The notes beneath the pieces are model-generated. The model saw only the letters and a list, made by a program, of their open reading frames with translations. It had not been told where the DNA came from and ran no database searches. A stretch of 61,161 bases of DNA, the filler included, from Piptocephalis cylindrospora (lineage: Eukaryota), in NCBI GenBank assembly GCA_003614145.1. It is 14 parts of 14 records of this genome, joined end to end, with 100 filler letters (N's around TTAATTAATTAA, not from the genome) between each part and the next. Parts side by side here need not be neighbours in the genome. Positions count along the whole stretch, not along the records: positions 8,827 to 13,128 come from KZ988540.1; positions 13,229 to 17,518 come from KZ988541.1; positions 17,619 to 21,908 come from KZ988542.1; positions 22,009 to 26,297 come from KZ988543.1; 10 more parts are not named here. One strand, given 5' to 3'. Below, in pieces: positions 12,025 to 23,758 of this stretch. The position numbers and the translations under genes are program-made. Within the stretch, counting starts at the first letter, position 1, and each line of letters begins with the position of its first letter.

Positions 12025-13228
12025 GGCTGAATAGAGTGTGGGGTTTAGGGAAGAAAAGAAGAAGTTAGACTCAGGTTAGGCTTAGGTCATCCTCACTCAA
12101 ACCTTTGTGCCCCGTACACCAGCCCTATAAATGCTGAAGGGAGGGTGAAAGACGCCCTGTACTATTTAGCGGAGACACGGAGGTTCGTGTTCAATTTTGG
12201 CGGTGGGTATTTGAAGAGGTTTCCAGCTCCGCTCCAGTAGATAATGCTTGCAGCAGGAGGGCTTCCCAGGCTGAGCGGGAGAGGGGGAAGCGGAGAGGAT
12301 GATGGTTCCATCTGGTCTTTGTTTCTTATTCGAGGTGCGCTTCAAGCAGTCAATGCATCCATCACCTGAGATATGTTGATCTTGTAAAGTCATAGCAAGT
12401 AAAACTGGGATCATGCACTATTGAGTTCCTGTCGTAGGATGGGGTAAGGGTAGTGAATTGCACACATTCATGCCATTTCTGGAAAAGGCATATTACCTGA
12501 ATGTTGGCCTAGTACAAGGACGGAGATGCTTCCTATCCCAATAGGGTTGATATGAGTATAGAATGAGCCATGCGGCGAACTGCAATAGCACATCCAGGAC
12601 AGGAGTGCACACGCATGAAAACGCGTCATCAGGGCGGACGACCCCCTCCCCCCCTCACACACACGAGGAATGGCTCATGCGCGGAGATGGCTTATTGATA
12701 TCCGGCAATCCATGCGCTTCTATAAAACCTGGCACTATGGCCTCTCGCGTCCTCTTTTCTCCCTCCTCTCCATCCCCTCCTCCCCTTCCCCTATACTTGA
12801 GATATACATTGGCATACTCTCTACATCACTTGGACGCACACTGACCTCCTCTCCACCTTGTCCGGACGCATCCATCAGCTCCATGCACCTTTATTGCCCT
12901 TCCGTCCATAGATGAGGCTTGTCCAGGATCTTCCCTCGTCTGTACATCCCATGCACACAAACAAGCATCCGCATTCATTGACAGAGGCACGAGTGCCCTG
13001 TCCCCCTATCCCTCTATCCCCTCCCTCGCTAGATGACAGGTGCATCTTCTTCTAGACAAGGGTCTTGTTATCCTGTCAAGCCATCTGCTCTCTCCCTTTC
13101 CAAAGACTCGCTATCCGCATTAATCCTCNNNNNNNNNNNNNNNNNNNNNNNNNNNNNNNNNNNNNNNNNNNNTTAATTAATTAANNNNNNNNNNNNNNNN
13201 NNNNNNNNNNNNNNNNNNNNNNNNNNNN

Positions 13229-13415
13229 CTTGTTCCGGAGACATGAATTCGCGAAGATTATCAAATATGACAGCCCAATTGGAGGAGTCCTGGGAAATGA
13301 ATTCGATAAAGACTTGGATTAGGATATCCATCTGTTCAGGAGATCTCGTGGCTCCCTCCATGGAGGAGGCAGCGACGAGGAGGCCGAGGAGGGTAATGGT
13401 GGTGGAGAAATGCAT
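13229..13415 (-). CDS. 5' part of a secreted helical protein (truncated)
   Basis: MHFSTTITLLGLLVAASSMEGA signal peptide followed by an amphipathic segment; open to contig end. Confidence 0.55.
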
Positions 13416-14943
13416 AGTGAATTGGATACTTGGATACCGATGGAGAGATGGGATGTAAGAGTGTGAGTGGATAAGGGGCTCAAGAATAAATTTTGTCTCG
13501 ACGCCCTCCATTCATGGACCTTTTATACATTTTCTTGTCCTGGGATGCCTAAGGTAGGATAAGTTCTGGTTTAGGCCTCCATCACCTTCCTTCATCCAAA
13601 ATCCATCATCAGTAGTGATGTTGACCCATGAGGGGATGACGCGCGGGAGGATGGCACCTGTTTTCGAGGGGCCTTTCCCTAAGAATGGGAGATGTGCCCA
13701 AATCGTGGGATAAAAAGCCACAGAAACAGATCAACCCATGAAGACGAAAAAAGGTGCCACTATCGAATATCCTGGGACTCATAGCCACAATGCTGATCAC
13801 CATTACGATTGCATGGCGCGGCTCTACAGGGGCTTCTAGTCAAAGTGTGGCATATGTAAAGTAGTGGGGCTTTCCTCTCAAGACCAAGGGCTTTTGGTAA
13901 ATACAGGAAAATAAACGTCAATAATCTCGGCCACGGCTACCCCTGCCCGAGCATCCTGCATCCTTTCGCCTACCCATGCATATATATGACGCAAAGGGGT
14001 TATTTCTTTGTGGCTGAGGATGCATTGAAGATCATGTAAACGTAGTAGTAGTAAACGGCGAAATGTTAGATCTCGTAAACGTATGAGCACGGAGAGGTAG
14101 TTCATTGACAAATGGGATACCTTTTTAATCCGCGTTTATAAAAAATGGTCAAATATAGGACGAGTGCTGTGTTTAGGCGCTCTTAGCCTAACCTAGACTC
14201 GCAACAGAGAAAAGTTAGGTAGCCCCATCATCAATCTCAAATATGAGGACAGGGCCCGAGTTCAAACAGCTAGGCTTCACATCAACAAACGTCTCATAGA
14301 CATTTAGGAACATTTGTGGGATCCAGTCACACTTTGCTGACGCCATCAGTCCTAGACTTCGGAACCGAAATAGATGTGTGTATATGCTCCAGTTGTAGGA
14401 TATACCGATGAATAAGTGCCTCATCTGTTTCTTGGCTATGATCGAGAATACCTCTATATTATATATGCTTTTTTTCCTCTCTATCTCTATATCGGTCTTA
14501 TATTCATTGCCGTCTAAGAATATAAAAATGGTCGGACTATTTTGGCAATATAGCCATAAGTAACAGTAGTCAATACTCCGCTCTATTCTCTTTAAAAGAG
14601 CATTGTATGCCAATAGATGCAGTGCTGGAGCCGTCTGCGCTACATTATCAGCTTTTTCGAGATTATGAACGTAGAAAAATCCTTGGAGAGACATGGGAAC
14701 TTCCTGACACATTCATAGACAACAGCCTCATGATAAGCCTATAGCTTGAGAGCGGGCGTCTCCAAGGGGTCTCAAGCCACAAGACAATCATAATAACGCG
14801 CCTAGCCTATAAATATGCAGAAGGTAATGCCACTCATGTTGTCTTTGTCGAATCCTTCCATCATTATCTTCATCCTTTGTACCTTACTCATCTCGTCTTC
14901 ATACCATTACATCCCATTCCCTTGTACAAGTCCTCAGTGAGCC

Positions 14944-15699
14944 ATGCTTCATCTACCCCTTTCTCTCGCGTCCCTTGCTCTCCTCGTCTCACAACAAGTG
15001 GTCGCCCCAGCTAGCAATGTGGCCTTCAAGAACGCCTCCACTTTAAGCCCAGAATGCAGTGCAGTTCTTGGGTCCCGATCTTTCCTGGAGGCGACATCCT
15101 GTAACTCTCAGCTCCTCCCGGACCCTACCTCCTCACGAGATGCTTTCATTTCTGGCCTGGCCGCCTATTGTGATACCGAATGCAATGGAGACCAGGTTAT
15201 CTCTGCGTTACACAAGCTCACTAAAGCCTGTGTCTCCCCAGGGTCGACAATCACTCAGGATCACCCGGCCCACCGTGCCTTCATTAACCTGTACCGCGCT
15301 ATCCCGGATCGTGAAGCCATTTGTACCGTTCAGGCCAGCACAGGTCAATGGTGTGTGGCTCCCTTTCAAAGGCCCACTTCTGGATACTATAGCGTTGAGG
15401 TCAACGGCTCAGGCTGTGGAGAGTGCCCTCATGCCGTGCGACAGGCTCGCATGTCGTGGAAGGAGCGTACTAAGGGTTTGGGAGGCGATCCGATGGTAGA
15501 TCGGAAGGTGCTCCAAGACACTATTCGATGCTCAGACCGGTACGAGAATGTCCCTGACCTGGATAGTTGGGTTGCGCACGGAGCATCTGCTAGCCGGATA
15601 AAGAAGTCTGGTGCCTCTTCCCTTCCCGTTCTCCGTCCCTTTGATTACCGAGCTTTCCTTGTGGTGGGTACCCTTCTAGGGGGCATTTCTTTCCTTTAA
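14944..15699 (+). CDS. Cys-rich secreted, probably GPI-anchored cell-surface protein, 251 aa
   Basis: Signal peptide, ~10 Cys, C-terminal SGASS + spacer + hydrophobic tail; TATAAA at ~14808. Confidence 0.8.
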   Translation: MLHLPLSLASLALLVSQQVVAPASNVAFKNASTLSPECSAVLGSRSFLEATSCNSQLLPDPTSSRDAFISGLAAYCDTECNGDQVISALHKLTKACVSPGSTITQDHPAHRAFINLYRAIPDREAICTVQASTGQWCVAPFQRPTSGYYSVEVNGSGCGECPHAVRQARMSWKERTKGLGGDPMVDRKVLQDTIRCSDRYENVPDLDSWVAHGASASRIKKSGASSLPVLRPFDYRAFLVVGTLLGGISFL

Positions 15700-16914
15700 G
15701 CCTAGAGGTGCCTTGAGGGTATCTGGAAAAGGAGGGTTTAAATAGATTTGACTGTGTATGGTGCAGTTCTCGATTATGCTGCTGTAATCCTGTTAGCATA
15801 TTTTGCATATGCTGTTCCGTATCGTGATTGATTGATAATCCCCATGGAACAAGGTGGGGGAGGAGAGGATGATATTTTATGTGAATAGCTGATAGTACTC
15901 TGCGTTTCGCAATTTTCAGAAATGTCCCTTGGGTGTGTGTTTCCCCATAAGACAATAAATTTTCATACAAAAAATAGCTGATAGTGGCGGTACAGAGCCC
16001 TTTTCTAATGATTCATTTCCCCTTTCATTTATATATAAAAAGTATATTTACTGCAATGCCATTGAATCATCAGCCATAATTGTATTCTTTATCTATCCCG
16101 TGTCCGCCTTATCCGATCACGTACATCCAAGCAGACTGCAGAGGCCGTCTCTCAATCTCCGAAAGCTTGATTTTCGCCTGAACTATCATCGGGTTTCGAC
16201 TCCGGTCGTGCTGAGTACTTGTCGCCAACTCCGCCTTCCCTCTCTACCAACCACTCACCCCATCACCTTCAACCTCCACGACCGGAGTGGCTAGGACCAT
16301 GCTAGCCGTAGTCTAATGGGGTGACGTGCCAAAGTGATGCCTAAGAGGAGAAAAAATTAACCTGGGAAGGCCCAGAAGGTACATGAAGAGCTAGGGACCT
16401 TCTGCCAACACCTTCGAACAAGCCTACCTTTACCTGGGCCCCTCTCTATAGCGAATACTTCCTTCTTTTCCTTCCATTTCCTTCTGTCCCCATCTCCCTC
16501 CTCTTTCCACCCTTTCCTTCCTTTCGCCCTTCCTCCTCAATCTTCGCCTTGACGACTCTTCCTCTGCTCCCTCACTCTACCGAACCGCCTCCCCCTCCCT
16601 TCACCAAACACTCTCTTCTTCCCGCTTCCCGCCTTCCTTCTCTTTACGCCCTTTGCTTCCCTTCTCAACGTGTCCTTCCTTCCTTAACCCTGACGTTTCC
16701 CTCTCCATCCTCTTCCTCCTCCTCCTTTCTTATCCGACCCCCTACCACTTCTTAGCTTCCTTCCCTCACTATCCAACGTACCGACTCATCCTGAACGACC
16801 CCGGACACATTATCTCCCCTCTCGACCCACCCGTCTTTCTCCAATCTCGCACCTTTCCATCCATCCATCCACTCTTGTATTCACAGTCAAGGCCGCTGCA
16901 ATTTGCAACCCATC

Positions 16915-17518
16915 ATGTCATCCCTTGCCTCTTTCGAAGATCCTGAGGCTATCGGTTCCTTGGAAATCACCCGTGAATTACAGCATTCCTCGTATGTTAT
17001 TCCCCCTTCCTTTTCATTGCACATCCTCCCTAACTGATAGCTAATAATTCATGCTCCTCGCTCTCTCATGAATTGCATTTTAGTCCGGCCTCCATGAACG
17101 AGCCCGGTCCTGTCACGCCCAAAGAAGACTCTGGTCATGTGGGCAACACGACACAGGAAAGTCATCCCTCTCCTTCCACTGCTGATAAAAGAGATGTGCC
17201 TCTCCCTGGAAAAGTGGTCCCCCCGCGCTCTAAGATCCTACAGAATGTCAATGAATCTTCACCGCAGGATATCCCTACTTTACAGGAGGATACAGATACC
17301 TTAGGAACCTTGCTGACCATTTTGGATGGGGAGCTGGAGCGCGTCAGCCTCTATTACGATACTACCGAACGTTCCATGCAGAAAACTCTATCCCTCTTGT
17401 CCCATTACCTAGAGGAAAAAGAGGGCAAACTCGATTTATCCTCCTTGCCAACACTTCAAACGGACAGACGGGAAATCCGTCGAGTCCTTCAGGGCCTCAC
17501 TACCCTTCCTGCCTACAT
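16915..17518 (+). CDS. 5' part of a protein with an SPX-like helical segment; intron ~16992-17083; truncated
   Basis: ILDGELERVSLYYDTTE resembles the SPX helix LDxELEKVxxFY; GTATGT...TTTAG intron keeps the frame. Confidence 0.45.
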
Positions 17519-18838
17519 NNNNNNNNNNNNNNNNNNNNNNNNNNNNNNNNNNNNNNNNNNNNTTAATTAATTAANNNNNNNNNNNNNNNNNNNNNNNNNN
17601 NNNNNNNNNNNNNNNNNNGTGGTGTGATGTATCTTGGTCAGGGCAATGGATTATGTGGGACATGGCGCGGGAGTGTGTAAGGAGGAGGGATGATGTACGT
17701 GTACATCCCCTCAGCCCTCATCGACGAGATGTAGACGAGAAAGGTATGGTTGATGGGGCCTGGGACAAAAGGTACACGGAACCCTGAGTGATGATGCACT
17801 CACATGAAGCTGAGGGAGGATGGGTGTGGAGCCGGGGATAGAGGAGATGTACCCTTCCATTTGTGCGCCTCTTCCCCCTCCCCTCTCTCTCTCTTTCCCA
17901 TCCCCTCGATGGACCCCCATCGCCCACCTGCCCCCTCCCTCCTTGGACCATCCCCGGTCATCTCGTCCCCTCATTATCCTGGAGTGAAAGGGAGCGAGGG
18001 AGGCAGGATGATCTGTCGTCCGGGGAAGAGGAAAGGGTAGAGTACGAACCATGTCGTTGGTACAGACCACCAATGGTTGCATGGAAGGCAAGATGCCGAG
18101 ATATGGTACTGGCTGGGGTTCCACAACAGTTAGCGTGTCTTTCCCTGCCATGCGTGCAGCCCCTCTTCCCCATCCCATCCCATGCTCCTGACTGCCTCGA
18201 CCTTGCTCTTCATGATACACATCTCGACGGCATCGGGTGTCTGGCCTGCGTGGATGCATCCCCCATCCCCATCATCACCACAAGATGGTGCATTTATTAG
18301 AAGGGATCATCTCCTTGTCCCCTCTCCCCCCTCCCCTCTCCTCCGTTCATCCTTCTTTCTTCTCTTCTTTCCACCTTCGCATCTCCATTTGCCTATCTCC
18401 TTCTTTCTTCTTATCCTATTCATTTGCTTCCATCCTATCCACTCTTTCTTTTCTTCCGCCTACTCCCGACGCCTATCCCCATTCACACTTTTATCGATTG
18501 ATCCCGCTCTTCGTGCTCCGATTTCCCTCGCCCTTTGTCTTTGACTCCCCCCATTCAACAACTCATCTCCTCGATCCAATCATCTTTCTTAGATCTCCCT
18601 TTCAAAACGCTATATTTTCCTTAGGTAAGTGTTTCATCTCCATGAGTTCCTCCCCCAAACTAGGTTTATCGTCGTCACCATCATCCTCTTTACTGACTCG
18701 GCCAACACCTCCCTTACCCCATTTTCCATTGACTTATAGAAAGGCACCAGCTCATACTGCTACCCTCTCATCCCGGATACACTCAACCCCCTCTACCCTT
18801 TTCGATCCCCCTTCCTCCTCCCATCCTCCAGCGTCTTC

Positions 18839-20338
18839 ATGCAGTGGCAAGTCGTTACACTGTCCGGTTCCCCCAAGGCCGATCCCTCTACTGCTGCCAA
18901 CACCGCTTCATCCACCCCACCCTTGTCCCCCTCTCATTCTGTATTTTGTCCATCAGCCTCCTCTACTGCCTCCGCTTCCTCCTGCTACTCATACACCCCT
19001 GCATCATCCGTGTTATCTTCCTCCTCCATGCCACCTCCCATTGCCCATTCCCTCCACAATCCTTTTCATCACCCCCACCACCATCACCATTCCCACCATC
19101 CTTCCTCCATCCCCTCAAAGCCCATTTCCCTTCCTCCTGGCCTTTCCCATCCCTCGTCCATGTACCATCATGATATGACTATTGAGGGCATGCATCATCC
19201 AATGGTGACTCCCTCCTCACTCCCGGGCTCTGGCCATCATGGCGCAGCGGTTAGTGGTCTTCCTCCAACCACACTCCCCATCATTCCTTCAGCATCGGGT
19301 CTGAACCAGCCGCCCCCCCCACCTGGAATATTTCCCCAAAGGCCTTATGGACGACGTGAAACCTTCCAGTTACCTCCTCAACTACAGGATGCATCCTCCA
19401 AACCTGTGTCTGATGATCTGGCCCGAATCCTCTCTGATAGGGCCTCCCTTGTCCTTCCCTGCTCCCCTCCTCCTCCAAGGGAGCCAGTGTGGCAGGGAGA
19501 AGGAGAGGGAGAAGGGGGGGAGGATCCATCATTAGGTGCGGATGGCCGAGTCCATAGTAGTACACCTAGGTATCCAGCTGCCTGGTCTACCATGTCTCAG
19601 AGAACACGGGTCAAGGGGCCCTCCTCCTCCATGGAGGGCCATAAACATGCTCATCGTACCTACCCTACCACATCATCCTCCCAGGCCGGCGCAAGGGGAG
19701 GGCCCACCATACCCTCTCCCCCCAGAACCCCTCCTCAGGTCGGGTCCACCGGAAAACGGTCTATCCCCACAATCCATCGGCTTCCCACACTGCATGATTT
19801 TACCCTGCATCTCGCTCGTCGTACCCGTTTGGATCCCGCAGCTGCTCTTGTCGCTGCCATCTATCTCCAAAGGCTGCGTCGTATCATGCCTTCAGGAGCC
19901 CGGGGTAAGGCATGCACCTTACACCGTGTCCTCCTGGCCTCTCTTCTCCTGGCCTCCAAGTACGTCAATGACTATGCCCCATCCAATAGGCATTGGGCTA
20001 AGCACAGTGGCGTCTTTAGCGTGGAAGAGGTCAATTTGATGGAGCGTCAACTTCTCAAGCTTATGGACTTTACTCTCTCCATCACCGAGGAGGAAATGAA
20101 CGATCTGGCTCAGGCTCTCCCCAGATCCCCAGAAATGGATATGGACATGACTGATGTCATGGCCATCTCTTCTACCACTCCTCGCGTCCCTTTACTTCCT
20201 CAAGATCCCACCATGATGTCATGGGCCTCCACTGGGGGTGGGGCTATCAAGGATCCTGTGACCACTCTGTCCAAGGACAAGAGTCCTGATCCTGCCATCC
20301 CACCCTCACTACGATGGCCCTTGATGGGCCGGATGTAA
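18839..20338 (+). CDS. Pho85 cyclin of the Pcl1/2 family with long disordered N-terminus
   Basis: Cyclin box ALVAAIYLQRLR...HRVLLASLLLASKYVND...NRHWAKHSGVFSVEEVNLMERQLLKLMDFTL; probable 5'-UTR intron ~18625-18739. Confidence 0.9.
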   Translation: MQWQVVTLSGSPKADPSTAANTASSTPPLSPSHSVFCPSASSTASASSCYSYTPASSVLSSSSMPPPIAHSLHNPFHHPHHHHHSHHPSSIPSKPISLPPGLSHPSSMYHHDMTIEGMHHPMVTPSSLPGSGHHGAAVSGLPPTTLPIIPSASGLNQPPPPPGIFPQRPYGRRETFQLPPQLQDASSKPVSDDLARILSDRASLVLPCSPPPPREPVWQGEGEGEGGEDPSLGADGRVHSSTPRYPAAWSTMSQRTRVKGPSSSMEGHKHAHRTYPTTSSSQAGARGGPTIPSPPRTPPQVGSTGKRSIPTIHRLPTLHDFTLHLARRTRLDPAAALVAAIYLQRLRRIMPSGARGKACTLHRVLLASLLLASKYVNDYAPSNRHWAKHSGVFSVEEVNLMERQLLKLMDFTLSITEEEMNDLAQALPRSPEMDMDMTDVMAISSTTPRVPLLPQDPTMMSWASTGGGAIKDPVTTLSKDKSPDPAIPPSLRWPLMGRM

Positions 20339-20680
20339 AGATGGCATTTTCATTGTCGTGGGACCTTTTCCTTTTCCCGCTTCAGGGCGCATAGCGAGGA
20401 GATAAAAATGGCTGACGACGGGAGTGAGTTGGATGGTGGCGAGAGAGTGGATAAGTGAATGGGGCCTCCTCCCTAATTGTTCATCTTTTCTCATGGTTCG
20501 TGTGTGTGTGTGTGTGTGTGTGCGTGTCTTTGTGTTTGTCTGCTTCCTTTGGTTTTTCACTGTAAAATTCCCTTGTTTTTCGTCCCTTTCTCTCCTTGCT
20601 CCTTGGATAAAGACCATCTTATGTAGGGAGATGACTGACATTATTGAGAGATGGTGATGATGAACTGATCAGCACTACTC

Positions 20681-21762
20681 CTATGGCTCTTGAATGATTT
20701 GGGAGGGTGGGCACGGCCTTGGGGTATGGGGGCTAATCCTTGATCCTTCCTTTCCTAATGCTCTTCCCCCATTGACCCAATCAATCCAGGCATGCTCAAA
20801 TCGTCGTACCTATCTCAGTGGAATTGTAAGTCTACCCATTCTATCCCACTCCATCATCCTTTCCTGCCTCTCATGTCCTACCAAAGCAGCAGCAGGATTA
20901 TCCCCTTGGATACTGATTACTTGTCTAGTCAGGATGGTCACGGCTCCCGCACGATGTCCATATGCTATGTCCGTCAGGATACGGTCTCCCACCATGGCAA
21001 TCTCTCCTGGTTTTAACCCCGGAAAGTGATCAAGTAGTACCTGCGACCCAGCCGGTTTCTATTCATCGGCGAGGGGGATATGACGTTGATAGGATGCTAT
21101 AAGACCCCTGACCCCATCGCATCTCTTACCTTGTCCTGATGACAAAGAACCTGAACACCTACAGGGATCATGTATGAGCAGCTCGGTGGGCCCCGGCTAG
21201 CCTAGTATCTCCACTTACCTAGAGCATCTTCAACTTGCTTGGCCTGTCCATCCTCCCCCCCACCCCGGTGATGATGAGACACCCGGATCATCCTCCCTCA
21301 CCACTCATCCCGGAACTGACCTGAACATGACCAGGATCATCGTCTGTCCCAATAGAATTGGAAATAATCACTAGATTATCCTTCCCAAAGACCTTTTGAC
21401 ACTCTTTCCATGTTGTCTAACCAATCCCCTCGTTCAATCCAACGCAGTGTTTAGCATACATCATACATAGACGCAAGTCGTGTCCTACATACCTCAAATT
21501 CAGGTTCCAGTGAATTGCTATAGGGTCGAGTCAACGTGTTATCCTTGTCAAAAGCCACGGCCTTGACCCCACACTCCCTTAATCCATTGACCCTCAGGTA
21601 TGCTAGATCTATGTTCGACTGAATACGTGAGGGGAACGAACACTTCAGAGCTCACTCACCACCCGACTTACTTGGGATGACAAAGTGAGGGACTGCCAGC
21701 TGAGGTCGACGCAGTACGCTTAAAAAACTGAGGATCCCTGCAAAGTTCCAACTTTGACCCAT
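20681..21762 (-). CDS. GEP4: Mitochondrial phosphatidylglycerophosphatase (HAD family), multi-exon
   Basis: N-terminus MGQSWNFAGILSFLSVLRRPQLAVPHFVIP, VAFDKDNTL, IISNS, MVGDRILTDIAYGHRAG; many short introns. Confidence 0.88.
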
Positions 21763-21853
21763 GATGTTTTCAACAAAGGTAAGGTATGAGGTAGGGACGA
21801 GAGCTACTTGCTGGGATAGTGCCCCTCTACTTTATCCATCCATAAATACTTCA

Positions 21854-21908
21854 CATTGACTTATAGAAAGGCACCAGCTCATACTGCTACCCTCTCATCC
21901 CGGATACA
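21854..21908. repeat. Exact 55-bp copy of 18727-18781 at the contig end (assembly signature)
   Basis: CATTGACTTATAGAAAGGCACC...CCCGGATACA identical at both sites. Confidence 0.95.
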
Positions 21909-22008
21909 NNNNNNNNNNNNNNNNNNNNNNNNNNNNNNNNNNNNNNNNNNNNTTAATTAATTAANNNNNNNNNNNNNNNNNNNNNNNNNNNNNNNNNNNN
22001 NNNNNNNN

Positions 22009-22103
22009 TGTTGACCTTGAGGGTGCTGCTGCTGGCCCTGGGGAGGGTAGTATTGTTGCTGCTGGGAAGGGCGCTGACCTTGAGGAGGAGGAGGATAGCT
22101 CAT
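22009..22103 (-). CDS. 5' end of a Q/P/Y-rich protein (MSYPPPPQGQRPSQQQQYYPPQGQQQ...), truncated
   Basis: ATG followed by a prion-like low-complexity frame open to contig end. Confidence 0.55.
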
Positions 22104-22705
22104 GATGACAAGATTGAAAGGATGGAGGGTGAGGAAAGGATCTTGGACAAATCAAGCTGAAAAAGATGAGAAGTGGGAAAGAAGGGTTGATATGTCAGAG
22201 GATCGTAGAAGCTTCTTTTGGGGCGCTGGGCCTGTGAACCCCCTCTTCTCCTAGCGCTGAGGCTGCTTGGACACGCGCCCCAGATCTAACAGGCTTCAGC
22301 GCGAATGAGCTGGGAGAATAACTCCGCTCGATTCGGATGATGCGCACTCACGTACCTGAACGTGGAAGTGCATAATGGAGGGAGAGTCTATTTATAGGCT
22401 GTTTCTGAGGGGCATGATCCAAGCGAAGAGGGAGACCCTTGAGGGGAGGAGCCCTTATTGTCGCCCTGCTGAGGGTAAATTAAGGATATGCTGTTGCTTG
22501 TTGTTGCTATCGATAGGGTTGATCATTAAAGAGTATGGATTGCTACATCTGGTCAGATATTGGTCTGGTGGCTCGCACTGACCAGAGAATGTACATATGG
22601 GCCATCACTTGTGCAAAGAATCGCATCGTTCAATTGGGAAACGTCTATGGTGTTCCCTAGTCAAAGGGAGATATATGATCCTTGTACGGTGAAACCTCCC
22701 GATCA

Positions 22706-23350
22706 TCATGAAGACCGGGAAAGGCGGGCCTTGACGGCATCACTTAGAGCCTTTCGATCTAGTCGAGCTTCATCCAGCTTGACCTCCCGCATCACCCGGC
22801 CCATGTCTTTGATGGTGGAGGCACCGACGGAGGTGATGGCATCATCAACAGCCTGGGCTAGCTCTTCGGAGGTGTAGGGGGTGGGGAGGTACTGACGAAG
22901 AAGGGCGACTTCGGCCTTTTCCGTTTCAGCCAGATCAGCCCGACCAGCAGCCGTGTACGTAGACACACTATCCTCACGCGTCTTAATGGCTTTGCGGATG
23001 ACAGAGACAACGGAGGCATCCTCCTCGGCGGCCTTTTCGGCTTCAACGTTTCCACTGGCAAGGGCACTCTTCTTGGCGTATGTGACTCCCGAAACCACGG
23101 ATTTGATGACCGTCAGACGCTGCTTTTCCTTTGCCCTCATGGCCGACTTCATATCTTCCTTGATCCTGGCCAGGAGGGTCTCTATTAGGAAGGGGATGAC
23201 TGAGCGGGGGGCGGGGGGGGGGGGGGGGGGGGGGGCGAGGGATGGCCCTCCCCCTCTTCTTCGTCCGGTTGGGGGGCCCCCGCGGGAGGCCCCCCGCCTT
23301 TGTCTTCTAATAATATTGAATGGAGGGGGGGGGGGTTGGGCCAAATTCAT
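22706..23350 (-). CDS. AIM41: Mitochondrial YqeY/Aim41-family protein; 5' part lies in a low-quality poly-G tract
   Basis: LLARIKEDMKSAMRAKEKQRLTVIKS...IRKAIKTREDSVSTYTAAGRADLAETEKAEVALLRQYLP...KDMGRVM. Confidence 0.88.
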   Translation of the reverse strand: MNLAQPPPPPFNIIRRQRRGASRGGPPTGRRRGGGPSLAPPPPPPPAPRSVIPFLIETLLARIKEDMKSAMRAKEKQRLTVIKSVVSGVTYAKKSALASGNVEAEKAAEEDASVVSVIRKAIKTREDSVSTYTAAGRADLAETEKAEVALLRQYLPTPYTSEELAQAVDDAITSVGASTIKDMGRVMREVKLDEARLDRKALSDAVKARLSRSS

Positions 23351-23758
23351 GACTAGCAAGTAGTGGGTAGGAAGGGAGGACAAGAAGTATTTCTCGAGGA
23401 GAAAGGATAGGCGCGTACCAACGCGACTTATCGGAACAACCCGGTTTTAGTCTTGAGCGCTAAAGATCTCGGGGACGGGGTTCAATTCCTGGTGAGCCCT
23501 CTTCATAATTTCCCAGTCTCCCTGTACTGCACGAGAGCATCTTAATGCAGAGAAACGTGATCGATTACGACTTCTTTCCGTTTCGCCTACATCCTGGCGG
23601 TGGAAGCAAAGAAAAAAAGCAAGAGGTACGTTCATTTCCTCCTATTCATTCACCATCCAGCGTACAACAAAGACATCCCGAATCCAGGTCAGAGGACCCT
23701 TACAATGGACTACTCTGTCTTCCCTGGGGGCAGGACAGACCGTTCGTTCCCAAACTCA

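Noticed and set aside
14215..14731. 165-aa AT-rich ORF and an MRLLSMNVSG start resembling an APE endonuclease
   Set aside because: That frame closes quickly and no other endonuclease or reverse-transcriptase motifs are present.
23205..23340. Poly-G tracts (also ~34060-34170 and ~60400-60520) as G-quadruplexes or a programmed frameshift
   Set aside because: Pattern fits sequencing error after homopolymers; it disrupts otherwise normal genes.
23476..23500. GGTTCAATTCC T-arm/B-box-like motif suggesting a tRNA
   Set aside because: No matching 5' acceptor stem, D arm or anticodon arm.
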